Source: a virus
Taxonomy: Duplodnaviria > Heunggongvirae > Uroviricota > Caudoviricetes
Virus record (IMG/VR): IMGVR_UViG_2687453522_000003
Span: 1 to 40,804 of that record
DNA length: 40,804 nt
Direction: 5' to 3' (one strand)
Shown: piece after piece, positions 10,702 through 20,744 of the stretch
Layout of the letters: each line of letters begins with the position of its first letter
How positions within the stretch are numbered: position 1 is the first letter of the stretch
Notes under the pieces: model-generated
Told to the model about the DNA's origin: nothing
What the model saw: only the letters and a program-made list of their open reading frames with translations
Database searches by the model: none
Made by a program: the position numbers and the translations under genes

Positions 10702-11780
10702 CAGAACGGGTCCTCCTGTACTCTGGCTTTTTTCTTTTTCCGCGCGCCGGGGTCTTCGGGTTCAGGCAGATAAGCATCAGGCGGGCCGACACGGATTTCC
10801 GTCAGGGTGCCGTTCTGGTCCTGAGTAAACGTGACTTCCGAAACAAGCAGTTCGGTATTGTCGAAACCACAGACCGGATCAAAGACAATCACCCGCTGGT
10901 TGGGCTGCCACAGCATACCGTTACCCTGTCGCCAGCCCTGCACCACATAAGTGGTTTCATCCGTCCGCGCCGCCCGTTGCCGGGCTTCAAAGTCAGCACG
11001 CGCAATACAGCCAGCCCCCGTGGCCTGCCCTGTCTGCCTGATATACATCGGACGGTAACGGGCAATAAATGCGTCCTCTGTGCGGGCCCGCAGCGCGGTG
11101 GTGGTGGCCTCACCGAAATCATCGTCGTTTCCGGCACGCTGCCCCGCCACCTGGTAAACTGAAAACCGCTCCCGGATACTCTTCTCCGTATCGCAGGAAA
11201 GGATGTTTTCCCCAAGTACCAGCGCGGTATGTGCCCGCGTTGAGCCAATACCGCCAATCACCAGCCTGCCGTGCGGATCGTCGTAAGCCAGTACCTGCTG
11301 CTGACCGAGTATTTTGTTGATTACCTCAATCACCGTTTCACCGTGATCAGGCTGAACATCAGGAATAACACCCGACGGCGCACCGCTGTTCACCACCTCA
11401 ATGCCGAAAGGCACAGCAAGCGCCTGCGCAATCTGCACCAGCGAGCGTCCGTTAAACTGTGTCGGTTCGGCTGCACAGTCAATCAGGTCAGCGGTCAGAC
11501 TACGCCCGGCAATACCGGTGCTGACCGAACGGGCATCGTAACGAACGGGCGTCGCCTCCACCCAGCCGGTGATCACCAGCTCATCACCAATCAGCACTTC
11601 CACTTTTGAACCGTTTTTAATGCGCGGCTGAAGCGTGGTGATACCCTCATCTCCCGGCCACTGGCGGGTGATCTCCACACTGAAATCCCGCGCCAGCCGT
11701 TCAATACCGGCACCGATGCGCACCGATGTCCAGCCATTCCACTCCCGGCCATTTACCCGTAGCGTGACATTGTCGTTCAT
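10701..11780 (-). CDS. Tail protein, Mu gpP / P2 gpD-like
   Basis: 359 aa, downstream of the DNA-circulation protein, Lys-rich C-terminus. Confidence 0.65.
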   Translation of the reverse strand: MNDNVTLRVNGREWNGWTSVRIGAGIERLARDFSVEITRQWPGDEGITTLQPRIKNGSKVEVLIGDELVITGWVEATPVRYDARSVSTGIAGRSLTADLIDCAAEPTQFNGRSLVQIAQALAVPFGIEVVNSGAPSGVIPDVQPDHGETVIEVINKILGQQQVLAYDDPHGRLVIGGIGSTRAHTALVLGENILSCDTEKSIRERFSVYQVAGQRAGNDDDFGEATTTALRARTEDAFIARYRPMYIRQTGQATGAGCIARADFEARQRAARTDETTYVVQGWRQGNGMLWQPNQRVIVFDPVCGFDNTELLVSEVTFTQDQNGTLTEIRVGPPDAYLPEPEDPGARKKKKARVQEDPF

Positions 11781-13153
11781 TGCACTGGCACCTTCAGAGG
11801 GATCACCGGCACAAAGCCGGGATGCGTAATGGCATTACGCCGGATAATGTCCGCGTCACGCGCCGCGTTATCAAACCAGGTCGCCGCCAGCACCAGCGCG
11901 GGTAAAACCTCATCCGGTGTGCGCTGAATGATCCGAGCAGACTGTTCAAGGCGCGTGTTGATATCCGCATTCAGATCTGCTTTCACCCGGCGCAGCGCCA
12001 GAAACAGCGCATCACTGGTTGTACGGGACAACTCCTTATCAATTGCCGTATTCAGTGTGTCGCGAATGTCAGTCAGTTCTTCCCACGTCGGCAGGTCAAC
12101 CGTGTTTTTCACCGCCGGTGCATTGTTCAGTGCCGGATGCGTGACGGAAGGCCAGCCAGTGCTCTGCGCGGGTGTTGTTGCCTGCCCCACTGCGGAATTC
12201 TGCATCACCGCGGAAGTTGTTGGCGCAGGCAATCGGGTGACGGCATACGCCGCTTCGCTGATTGCGGTCGTACGAAGGGTGCTGGCAACCACGTTACGCT
12301 GCTGCGTCGCCGTGGCGGTGGTTTTACTGTCCGTTTTCCAGACGCCGCGCGGTTGCAGATCGCTGCCGAGGCTGACACCGGAAAGCGTTTTGATCATGGT
12401 GACCAGGTCGCTGGCGTTACCATAAAGGCGTTTCCCGGTACGCCACATTTTCTGCACCTGCTCAACGAAATTTTTGCCTGACGATGGCGGCGGCAGAAGT
12501 ACCGAGATATCCCCCTGCAACAGCCTGGCGGCATCCGATACGGCAGAATCCACCACTTTCATCGCATCAGAAACATACCCAAGCATTGTGCTGGCATTAC
12601 CGATAACGTCGTTCTGCACAAAATCCGCCACGCCATCGATACTGAAACCACTGAAACTGTCACTGATGCAGTCATCCAGTGCAGAACAGGATGACATCAG
12701 CGTCTGCGCCGTCGCCGCACCTGATGTGGGGTAAGAGAGTTCTCCCGCTTCGACAAACTTCAGGTCAAAGCGGACAATACGCCCTTCACTTTTCGATGTG
12801 CTGACCCGAACTTCCCCGTCAACACAGACTTTCAGCTCACCGTATGTCGGATGGACAAGCGTGCCGGGACCGGGTTTATTCAGCGCATCAATCAGGCGAT
12901 CGCGCTGGTCAAAGCAGTCATCTCCCACCACATAAGCCGTGATGGACGGGCGGAAAGTAACTTTTCCCAGATCTTCGGTATAGGGCCTGTCGCGGTTCGG
13001 GTATTCGTGTGTTTCCACACGGCGACCGGTTCCCGCACTTTCTTCTTCAACCTTAAACGATACGCCGCGAAATGACGCGTCCTGAAGTCTGTCACGCCAG
13101 CCTGAAGACGACGAAAGTAATGAAGGTCGGGTGGGAAATGAGGATAAATCCAT
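11777..13153 (-). CDS. Mu gpN-like DNA circulation / tail protein
   Basis: Position immediately after the tape measure gene; N-terminus resembles the DNA-circulation family. Confidence 0.6.
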   Translation of the reverse strand: MDLSSFPTRPSLLSSSSGWRDRLQDASFRGVSFKVEEESAGTGRRVETHEYPNRDRPYTEDLGKVTFRPSITAYVVGDDCFDQRDRLIDALNKPGPGTLVHPTYGELKVCVDGEVRVSTSKSEGRIVRFDLKFVEAGELSYPTSGAATAQTLMSSCSALDDCISDSFSGFSIDGVADFVQNDVIGNASTMLGYVSDAMKVVDSAVSDAARLLQGDISVLLPPPSSGKNFVEQVQKMWRTGKRLYGNASDLVTMIKTLSGVSLGSDLQPRGVWKTDSKTTATATQQRNVVASTLRTTAISEAAYAVTRLPAPTTSAVMQNSAVGQATTPAQSTGWPSVTHPALNNAPAVKNTVDLPTWEELTDIRDTLNTAIDKELSRTTSDALFLALRRVKADLNADINTRLEQSARIIQRTPDEVLPALVLAATWFDNAARDADIIRRNAITHPGFVPVIPLKVPVQ

Positions 13154-13177
13154 AGACTGACCTCAAAAAGGACTGCG

Positions 13178-15085
13178 TTATCGTGGAAAACGAAAAGGGG
13201 AATACCCCACATCGTGCGTGATTTTCATCAGGGGATCGGCTTTGTCCGGTACATCAATTATCTTCATACCTGGCGGAGCATTCTCGAACGTGACTTTCAG
13301 CTCGCTGTGCTGTGTCATGGAAGAAGATGGATTCAACAGCGGAACATTGGGTTTGTACTGACTCAGGCTGGCCTGATATTGCTCGTACTCTTTACGATCA
13401 AAAAAAGGCGTCCAGTCTGAAGCCAGAAACAGCCCTTTATTATCCAGCCAGTTAACCGTATCTTCAGGAACAACACTTTCCAGAGTATCTTTAACCGGCT
13501 CATACATCAGGGTTCCCAGAAAACCATATACCCCGGCCTTCCCGATAAAGCCGCGGCCTTTCCCCATCAATCCCGTTTCTGCCGATACCTTCCCCAGCGT
13601 ACGCATCTCTCTGGTCACTGCGGTAATGGATTTGGTAACGTCAGCAACCCATTTGGTTGTCATAAACAGGGCGATCGCTTTCAGAACAGTTTCCCATCCC
13701 CCCATCGCCTGCGCCGTTTCATCCACCACGCGCCAGACTTTTTTTATGACAGGACCTACGGTTTCCCAGTTATCAATAATGAGGTAAGCGCCACCGACCA
13801 GAAGAGCAATCAGCCCCTTAGCAGGCGTCATATTCATCACACCGCCGAGAACTTTCATGATTCTGGACAAAGAGCCTGCAGCGGCCCCCACTGTCAGTAA
13901 AGCCAGACCGATTTTAGCAATGGTCTTAACGAGCTCCGGGTTTTCACGGACAAACGTTCTCACTTCCTCAAGGAGCGGTTTTACCGCTTCAAGACCATCA
14001 TTAACCTCAGGAAGAAACGTTTCCCCCAGAGTGGAAGAAATGGCATCAAGTTGATTTTGCAGAAGTAAAAGCTGGTTTTCCGTCGTCGCTGCCCTCGAAG
14101 CATATTCCTTCTGCATCGAACTGCCATACTGCTGGGAATCCGCAACCCGCCTGAAGTTGGTACGCAACAAATCAAGGTTAGTCAGCAGAGGTGCTATCGC
14201 GCCCAGAGACTCTTTCCCGAACAGGGCATTCAGCACAGCTGCCTGTTTTTCTTTAGGCACTTTAGCCATCGCATCCAGTACAGACAGCATGGTGCCCCGG
14301 GCATCTTTCTGCATATCAGCAGCTAATTTCTTCGGATTGATCCGCAGAAAACGCAATGCCTGTTTCTGCGATTTTGTCGCGGAATTTCCCGCAGTCAGGG
14401 AAAGCATGAAGTTCTTGATCCCTGTGGCGGCAATTTCTGACTCCACACCCATCCCGGCAATGGTTGCCCCCATCGCCGCGATTTCGCCGGAAGCCACACC
14501 AGCAACACCACCTAAAGGACCAATACGCGTAACAATATCGGAGATTTTCTTCGCATTCGCCGGGCCGGTATTACCAAGGTAGTTGATTTTGTCAGCCAGC
14601 CCGGCCACTTCATCCTGCGTCATATTAAACGCAGTACGCCACTGGGCCATCATCTGCCCGGACTCTTCAGCCGTGGTATCAAAGGCCACGCCCATCTTCA
14701 CCGCATCAGTGGCAAACTGCATCAGTTCATCACGTGCAATCCCGGCCTGACCGCCAGCCGCCACAATTTCCGCGATCCCGTCTGCAGACATGGGAAGCTC
14801 AGTAGACAAAGCGCGTACCTGCTCCGTCATGGCCTTAAACGCATCCGGCGTATCCAGACCGTCCACCACTTTGCGGACATCAGCCATCTTCGATTCAAGG
14901 GTGATGGCTGATTTTACAGGGAGTGCCAGTGCCCCCATTATTGCAGTACCCGCCCCGGCAGCGCCCAGAGCAAGGCTGGAGACTTCTTTTTGAAACCCCT
15001 TAAGCTGACGCTGCATACCTTTAAGCGGGCCGGATAGCCTGTCAACGGCGGTGATGATGGCTTTCAGCTGAAAATTATCAGCCAT
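13178..15085 (-). CDS. Tail tape measure protein
   Basis: 635 aa, Ala/Gly-rich helical repeats, position between chaperone and baseplate genes. Confidence 0.85.
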   Translation of the reverse strand: MADNFQLKAIITAVDRLSGPLKGMQRQLKGFQKEVSSLALGAAGAGTAIMGALALPVKSAITLESKMADVRKVVDGLDTPDAFKAMTEQVRALSTELPMSADGIAEIVAAGGQAGIARDELMQFATDAVKMGVAFDTTAEESGQMMAQWRTAFNMTQDEVAGLADKINYLGNTGPANAKKISDIVTRIGPLGGVAGVASGEIAAMGATIAGMGVESEIAATGIKNFMLSLTAGNSATKSQKQALRFLRINPKKLAADMQKDARGTMLSVLDAMAKVPKEKQAAVLNALFGKESLGAIAPLLTNLDLLRTNFRRVADSQQYGSSMQKEYASRAATTENQLLLLQNQLDAISSTLGETFLPEVNDGLEAVKPLLEEVRTFVRENPELVKTIAKIGLALLTVGAAAGSLSRIMKVLGGVMNMTPAKGLIALLVGGAYLIIDNWETVGPVIKKVWRVVDETAQAMGGWETVLKAIALFMTTKWVADVTKSITAVTREMRTLGKVSAETGLMGKGRGFIGKAGVYGFLGTLMYEPVKDTLESVVPEDTVNWLDNKGLFLASDWTPFFDRKEYEQYQASLSQYKPNVPLLNPSSSMTQHSELKVTFENAPPGMKIIDVPDKADPLMKITHDVGYSPFRFPR

Positions 15086-15169
15086 GCTTCATCTCCTCAT
15101 TTATACGGACGGCCTCTGCCTCCAGATCAGCAAAGTGGGAAATAGCCGTCCGGCGAAGTTCAAGGGGGT

Positions 15170-15493
15170 TTAATTTCCAGAACCACGCGACATTGTAGAA
15201 TCGCTTCCGGAGGTCTCTTCCGTCTCCAAGCCGGTAAAAAAACGCATTACAATCATGCCTGCCTTGAAAATATCCAGCTTCGTCATCTGCGCTGCAGACG
15301 AGCGCGGGATCCCGGCCAGAAGCGGGATATATTTCAGCGCCACCTGACTGTCCATTTTCATACCACCATCAGGCGAAACAGAGAAAGGGAACCCCAGCGC
15401 CTCAATCTCGTCATACGTAGGCTCACGTATTTCCAGCACATGCAGTGTTTCTTTGTGGGCGATGATCGGTTTTTTAAGTACAAGCTCAATCAC
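15170..15493 (-). CDS. Tail assembly chaperone
   Basis: Small ORF between tube and tape measure genes. Confidence 0.6.
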   Translation of the reverse strand: MIELVLKKPIIAHKETLHVLEIREPTYDEIEALGFPFSVSPDGGMKMDSQVALKYIPLLAGIPRSSAAQMTKLDIFKAGMIVMRFFTGLETEETSGSDSTMSRGSGN

Positions 15494-15846
15494 TGGTAAT
15501 CCCCTTCTTCACCGTGGAACTCAAGATCAACCGTGCCTTCTTCGGCATTATGGTTCGCTTCACCGTGCAGCCAGGCGGACGACAATACATAGACCTGACC
15601 GTTCGCCAGCTCGGCAGTGATGGTCATCTCATCAGACGAGGTGATTTTGCTCACCGGAAAATTCTTCGGCACCTTGAAGGTCCCTTTAACATAAGGCGCA
15701 CGGTGAGTTTCCTTGCGGTCCACTGAACCGTCCAGGCCGATGATGTCATCATTGACCGTCCTGTTCATGGGCACCTCAATGCCGCCGGTCAGCGATAGCT
15801 GCTGACCGTCAATTTTGAAATAACAGGTTCCCCCGATACGGGCCAT
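15490..15846 (-). CDS. Tail tube protein (Mu gpM-like)
   Basis: 118 aa, immediately downstream of the sheath gene. Confidence 0.75.
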   Translation of the reverse strand: MARIGGTCYFKIDGQQLSLTGGIEVPMNRTVNDDIIGLDGSVDRKETHRAPYVKGTFKVPKNFPVSKITSSDEMTITAELANGQVYVLSSAWLHGEANHNAEEGTVDLEFHGEEGDYQ

Positions 15847-17342
15847 TATGCGGACTCCTCTGAATACTGAAGACGGAACTGGTTAACCACGGCAAAGACA
15901 CGCAACTGGTTAACATAGTCAGGCGGGAACAGCGTGTTCAGGCGGTTCGGATCGCTGGCATCACGCTCCAAAACCAGGTACTGCTTAAACAGTTCGTAAT
16001 TTTCCACGATCCCCGCTCGCTCAAGCTGACGGTAGGTTGCCAGCAGTTCCCCTTTGATCACCGCCGGGGTGACAATCGCCTGACCGGGACCAAAGCGGGT
16101 ACCGTCACTGGCAAGCTTGTGACGCCCGTACTTACTGGTAATGACGGATTTCAGTTTGCGCAGTACATACGCGCTGGTATGCAGCGTCTCGCTGTCGAGG
16201 TAGCTGTTATCCGCAACCCCGTAAGCGTTTTTCCTGTACGTGGTGACATCACGCTGAATGCGCAGTACCCCGCTTTCGACATACGCCGTTGCCACGCCAT
16301 GAGACAGCAGGGTCTGTTGTTCGGTCATCGTGAACCGTTTCCCCTTCGGCGCAGGCAGCATCCCCACCAGCTCACCGGTCTGCGTGGGACGTGCCGGATC
16401 GTTGCGAATAAACACCGCTGCGCGGGCGGTACGGCTTGCCGCCAGCTCATCGGCAGGCGTCTGGGTGTCTTTTTCGTACCCCGCCAGGGTAATGTGCTGC
16501 TGGTTAAACTGGTCACCTGCGGTCACCAGTTCTGACAGCGTGCCGATCTTTGCCGTATACACATGACCATACAGCTGACGCGCATAGCTCCAGCGACCGC
16601 TGGTATCGTTCATCTCGGTCACCAGCGTGTTAACGGAGGCCGTGTCGTTGAACGGCAGGCCGATATAATCAAACGGCTCATCCGCCATTGCAGCCACCGC
16701 GCCGGTGAGAACCGGAGCACCCGTTCCGGCGGTACCCGTCGCCACGGCAATCTGTACGCCCGCTGGCAGCACTTCGCCCCCACCAAAGCCGTAGTAATTG
16801 AGGCTGACAGGAATTTCATTCCCGCAAAGCCCCTTATGACGCGCGGTCAGTGTGACCACGCCTGCCGAAGATGAAGCCGTAAACGGCAGGGCCGGAACGG
16901 CATTGATGGCATCTTTGATACTGCTGGCAATCGTCGTGACGTTATCGCCGTTGGTCACCGGAGCCTGCACGCGGGTACGTCCCACATAGACATTCACCGT
17001 GCCGCTTTCGGTTGCTTCCCCGGTCACCGTCAGCGTAACCGTTGCCGCCGCGCCTGTGGCTTCCGGAACGGCAATCACATACAGCTCACCAAACGGGTCG
17101 GTCTGGCGATAAGCCTCGACCATACGCGCCAGCTGACTTCCCGCACCACAAATCTGGCGTGCATAGTCTGCCGACGGCATCAGCACCAGACTGTTGGCAA
17201 CAATCTCTGCACCGTTATTGGCATGACCAATCAGCAGCGATGCTCCGCTGTCCTGTGCAGTATTCGCAGCCTGGTTATCCATTTCCGCATAAAACAGCGG
17301 AACCAGCGTATTCGACGGAATGGTGTTAAAGCTTATCGTCAT
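15846..17342 (-). CDS. Tail sheath protein (Mu gpL-like)
   Basis: 498 aa, contractile-tail sheath position and composition. Confidence 0.85.
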   Translation of the reverse strand: MTISFNTIPSNTLVPLFYAEMDNQAANTAQDSGASLLIGHANNGAEIVANSLVLMPSADYARQICGAGSQLARMVEAYRQTDPFGELYVIAVPEATGAAATVTLTVTGEATESGTVNVYVGRTRVQAPVTNGDNVTTIASSIKDAINAVPALPFTASSSAGVVTLTARHKGLCGNEIPVSLNYYGFGGGEVLPAGVQIAVATGTAGTGAPVLTGAVAAMADEPFDYIGLPFNDTASVNTLVTEMNDTSGRWSYARQLYGHVYTAKIGTLSELVTAGDQFNQQHITLAGYEKDTQTPADELAASRTARAAVFIRNDPARPTQTGELVGMLPAPKGKRFTMTEQQTLLSHGVATAYVESGVLRIQRDVTTYRKNAYGVADNSYLDSETLHTSAYVLRKLKSVITSKYGRHKLASDGTRFGPGQAIVTPAVIKGELLATYRQLERAGIVENYELFKQYLVLERDASDPNRLNTLFPPDYVNQLRVFAVVNQFRLQYSEESA

Positions 17343-17496
17343 CGGTGTTCACCTTTTTATTCACGCGCCGGATATCACCCGCTGCTTCACGGCGCAGCCA
17401 GTAGTTGTTCTCGTCAACATTTCGCCCTTCGGCGGGCAAAAGGTCGCCGCGGGCAGGGTCAGGAACTGACCGCCCTTTAACAGGTTTGATAAACAT
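17326..17496 (-). CDS. Small conserved phage protein (DUF2635-like), not in the ORF track
   Basis: Hand-translated 56 aa MFIKPVKGRSVPDPARGDLLPAEGRNVDENNYWLRREAAGDIRRVNKKVNTDDDKL; overlaps the sheath start by 17 nt. Confidence 0.5.
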   Translation of the reverse strand: MFIKPVKGRSVPDPARGDLLPAEGRNVDENNYWLRREAAGDIRRVNKKVNTDDDKL

Positions 17497-17504
17497 GAGG
17501 ATCC

Positions 17505-18065
17505 TCAGGAAGGAAGGGTTATTTCGGTGTGATGTTCGATATCGCCGTCAGGCCCGTTACCGGGCTCGAGATAATCAACATCAATCGCCAGCGTTTGCAG
17601 TTCATCCAGACTATTCAGATCATCCTGCTGGCGGGTATCGTCTTCAGTCAGCTCGCTGATGACCGAAAAATCGAACTGATAAATCAGCTCATGACGATTC
17701 AGATCCAGCAGCGTGCCGCCGTCATAGGTAATCGGGTTACCGCACGCTTCCGGGTTCCAGCCCAGCAGGGCCTTAAAGAGCATCTGCCGGACATCGTCCA
17801 CCACATCATACGAGGCAAACTGACCGCGCTCATCACGCCCGTTACTCAGTATGACAACCACGGAGAAGCCCTCTTTCAGCTCCTGCCAGTAGTCGGTCTG
17901 GCTTTTGTTTTCTCCCGGAGAGTCATCACCCGGTACCACATACGCCGCCGGGAGTCTCAGCTTTCCGACCTCCGGCAGATTTTTGAACTGTGCCGCGCCT
18001 GCAACCCGGTTTTCAAAATACGGACAGCGGGCACGCAGTGCAGCAATAACAGGCGTCAGTTTCAT
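17505..18065 (-). CDS. Virion protein, possible tail terminator / Mu gp37-like
   Basis: Position between head-completion genes and sheath. Confidence 0.4.
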   Translation of the reverse strand: MKLTPVIAALRARCPYFENRVAGAAQFKNLPEVGKLRLPAAYVVPGDDSPGENKSQTDYWQELKEGFSVVVILSNGRDERGQFASYDVVDDVRQMLFKALLGWNPEACGNPITYDGGTLLDLNRHELIYQFDFSVISELTEDDTRQQDDLNSLDELQTLAIDVDYLEPGNGPDGDIEHHTEITLPS

Positions 18066-18568
18066 CTGTGTCGTCGCTCCGGCTTCAGTGATTTACGCAA
18101 TTCCCGCGCCAGAAAATAGCGTGTCCAGCTGCGGTTCTTTTCAAGAGTTTCCACCATGAAGTTATTACGTGGAGCCAGTCGCCAGCCGCTGCCACCGGAT
18201 GCACCACGATGATGACTACGACGACGTTTTGCTCCTCCCCGGACACCAAAAAACAGAAACGCCGGATAGAAGTCACCAGAGATCATCCGGTTCCCCTTCC
18301 CATTGCGCTGGTTAGGGGCAATGCGTGTCATAAAACCGGCTCGCTTTTTACTGGCTCTCGGCACCATATAACCAATCGAACGAGCCAGGCGTCCGGACTG
18401 ATAACCGGGGTTTTCACCCGGTGCCGACCGCGCACGGCGCATCACCAGCCGACGGGCATCACGCATATGACGCTGCCCAATCGTGACAAACGCCCGCCGG
18501 ACACGGGCGCGGTTAAAGCGCATCTCGGCGGGCTGCTGAACATCAACGTGAAAAAAGGGAGTCGCCAT
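18062..18568 (-). CDS. HK97 gp10-like neck/tail-completion protein
   Basis: Basic protein in the head-tail joining cluster. Confidence 0.45.
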   Translation of the reverse strand: MATPFFHVDVQQPAEMRFNRARVRRAFVTIGQRHMRDARRLVMRRARSAPGENPGYQSGRLARSIGYMVPRASKKRAGFMTRIAPNQRNGKGNRMISGDFYPAFLFFGVRGGAKRRRSHHRGASGGSGWRLAPRNNFMVETLEKNRSWTRYFLARELRKSLKPERRHR

Positions 18569-18953
18569 TGCTGCCTCCGTGACTCTGCCTACATTCGCCC
18601 AGCTCCGTACACTCCAGCAGCAGAAAGCGCCGCGCCCCGTTCAGATCACGCTGACGTTTCACCAGGTACACACTGTCATCACAGACCACCTCATAATCAG
18701 CAGTGATCCCCCGGCGGTAACGAATGGTGATGTAATGGGTGATGGCGTCCCCGGTCTGCGCGGTTTCCTGCCAGGTGGTGGCACTGGTCTGGATAACCTT
18801 CGCCCATGTCCGGAACGTAACCGGGTATTGAGGCTCCACGCCAAAGTTATCCGCGGGCATATCCACCCGCTGGCGGATCAGGACGCGTTTATTCAGTTCA
18901 CCGGGGTCCGGCAGAATGTAGGTTGCGCTGGTCTGCGCCTGACGAATTTTCAT
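18543..18953 (-). CDS. Head-tail adaptor / head closure protein
   Basis: Position after the gp6-like connector. Confidence 0.5.
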   Translation of the reverse strand: MKIRQAQTSATYILPDPGELNKRVLIRQRVDMPADNFGVEPQYPVTFRTWAKVIQTSATTWQETAQTGDAITHYITIRYRRGITADYEVVCDDSVYLVKRQRDLNGARRFLLLECTELGECRQSHGGSNGDSLFSR

Positions 18954-19273
18954 TGCGGAAAGTACCTGTACGGGCCGACAAGCCAGCCAAAACTCTGCGG
19001 CATGTCGAGTTTCTCCACTTCCGTAACCGACGAGCGGTTTTCGTAAAAATGGCTGATAAGCATCAGCATCCCCAGACGAATATCATCCGGCAGGTGCAGC
19101 CCGTCCGGATCGCTGTCCGGAATGGTTTCATCCGGTGCATAGAGCTTCCGGTTCAGATACGTTTCCGTCCGCTTTTGTGCCGCACAGGCCAGCAGTTGCA
19201 GATGGCGGTCATCAGCATCGAAATCCTCATCCAGCCGGAGTTGGGCTTTAATCTCTTCCATTGTCAGAAGCAT
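18950..19273 (-). CDS. Head-tail connector protein (gp6-like)
   Basis: About 107 aa acidic protein directly after the capsid cluster. Confidence 0.55.
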   Translation of the reverse strand: MLLTMEEIKAQLRLDEDFDADDRHLQLLACAAQKRTETYLNRKLYAPDETIPDSDPDGLHLPDDIRLGMLMLISHFYENRSSVTEVEKLDMPQSFGWLVGPYRYFPQ

Positions 19274-19275
19274 AC

Positions 19276-19476
19276 TCAGCCCTCTTTACTGGTCGTGGCT
19301 TTTTTCTCTTTTGTCGCTTTACTGCTTTTTGCACTGGTTCCGCGCTCTGCTAACCCGGCCTGAAGTGCAATCTCCTGCACCCGGGCAGGAAGCGCCCCGT
19401 CGTCATACTCACCGGCCCGAATGACCTCAACACGCATACCGTCCAGTGACCATTTCAGATCTTGTTTCAGGATCAT
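19276..19476 (-). CDS. Small hypothetical head-associated protein
   Basis: 66-aa ORF just after the capsid gene, Lys/Ser-rich tail. Confidence 0.4.
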   Translation of the reverse strand: MILKQDLKWSLDGMRVEVIRAGEYDDGALPARVQEIALQAGLAERGTSAKSSKATKEKKATTSKEG

Positions 19477-19524
19477 GATTCTTCACCCGTCAGAACAGGG
19501 GCGCGGTTCCGCGCCCCTGAGTGA

Positions 19525-20730
19525 TTACGCCACTGCAATCTTCAGCAGTTTGATGGCCTGCGAATCGACCAGCATGCCGCCGGTGCGTTTGGTGGTATAA
19601 AAACCGACAAACGGTTTATTGGTGTACGGGTCGCGCAGAATGCGGGTGCCGATACGGTCAACGATGGTGTAACCCCGTTTGAAGTTACCAAATGCAATGG
19701 CTTTCGCATCAGCGGCGATATCCGGCATCTGTTCGTTTTCAGCGATACCGTAACCCGCCAGAGAGGACGGCTGCCCCAGCTCCAGCCCCGGACGCCACAG
19801 ATAGTTACCCTCGCTGTCTTTCAGCAGACGGATGGCAAACAGGCTGTTGTTGTTCATCATGAACTTCGCGCCTGTGCGGTGTGCCTTACGCAGCGTGTAA
19901 ATCAGTTTGATAATGGCGTCTGCGGTCACCGCCGTCGCGTCGCCGGATACAATATGCTGAAGTTTGCCGAACGCCCGGACCTTATCGGTTTCATCCGTGG
20001 ATTCATACGCCAGGAACCCTTTCGGCTTCTTGGTACCATCGCCGGTGGTAAAGGCAATTTCTTCCTGTTCGGCAAATTCGGTTGCCAGCTCGCTGTTGAT
20101 CCATGCTTCCACGTTGAAAAAGGCATCATCCAGCATTTTCTGGGTGGCCTGCGGGTTACCGTAGATTTCCCCCATGAAAGGTTCAATCAGGCCCAGTTTT
20201 GAGGTGGCAGTCTGGGAGCGCGCGTCAGTCTCGCCAACCCATCCGGAAGCCGTGCCGCCCAGATTCACCAGTTTTTTGTAGTCGGAACCACCAACGGTGA
20301 TCACCGTGGCTTCCTGGCGCATCACCACTTCATCTTTCAGCAGGGTGAGAATGTTGCGATCCAGTGCTTCCGGCACGGCATAGCCGCCGTCTTCATCGGT
20401 GCCCACCTGTAATGCCTTGCGCTCCAGATCGCGCAGACCATCTTCACGGCCTTTACGCAGGAAGCCCACAAACGCTTCTTTATGCTCGGTGGCCAGTTTA
20501 TTTTGCGCACCACCTGCCGGACGTTTCAGCTCAAGCAGCTCTTTTTCAAGATCGCTTTTGAGGTTTTCCAGCTCGCTGAGTTTCCCGTTCAGGGTTTCCA
20601 CCTGCCCGGCAAGCTTGCCTTTTTCCTGCTCAATCGCATCCACGCGCTTGTCGTTCTTTGCTTTGAAGTCGTCAAACTTCTGCTGCAGCTCCTGCGCGAC
20701 CTGTTCGACATCTTTAATATCAACCGCCAT
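19525..20730 (-). CDS. Major capsid protein, HK97 family
   Basis: 401 aa with N-terminal coiled-coil-like delta region followed by capsid domain; follows the prohead protease. Confidence 0.85.
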   Translation of the reverse strand: MAVDIKDVEQVAQELQQKFDDFKAKNDKRVDAIEQEKGKLAGQVETLNGKLSELENLKSDLEKELLELKRPAGGAQNKLATEHKEAFVGFLRKGREDGLRDLERKALQVGTDEDGGYAVPEALDRNILTLLKDEVVMRQEATVITVGGSDYKKLVNLGGTASGWVGETDARSQTATSKLGLIEPFMGEIYGNPQATQKMLDDAFFNVEAWINSELATEFAEQEEIAFTTGDGTKKPKGFLAYESTDETDKVRAFGKLQHIVSGDATAVTADAIIKLIYTLRKAHRTGAKFMMNNNSLFAIRLLKDSEGNYLWRPGLELGQPSSLAGYGIAENEQMPDIAADAKAIAFGNFKRGYTIVDRIGTRILRDPYTNKPFVGFYTTKRTGGMLVDSQAIKLLKIAVA

Positions 20731-20744
20731 CGTATTTCTCCTGA

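Noticed and set aside
17529-18119. 196-aa plus-strand ORF, and many similar plus-strand ORFs across 7400..24800 (for example 22024..22599, 9740..10198, 11928..12425, 14157..14582)
   Set aside because: They lie antisense within the continuous minus-strand structural gene array, have low-complexity Arg/Pro/Ser-rich translations and no start context; typical shadow ORFs of GC-rich coding DNA.
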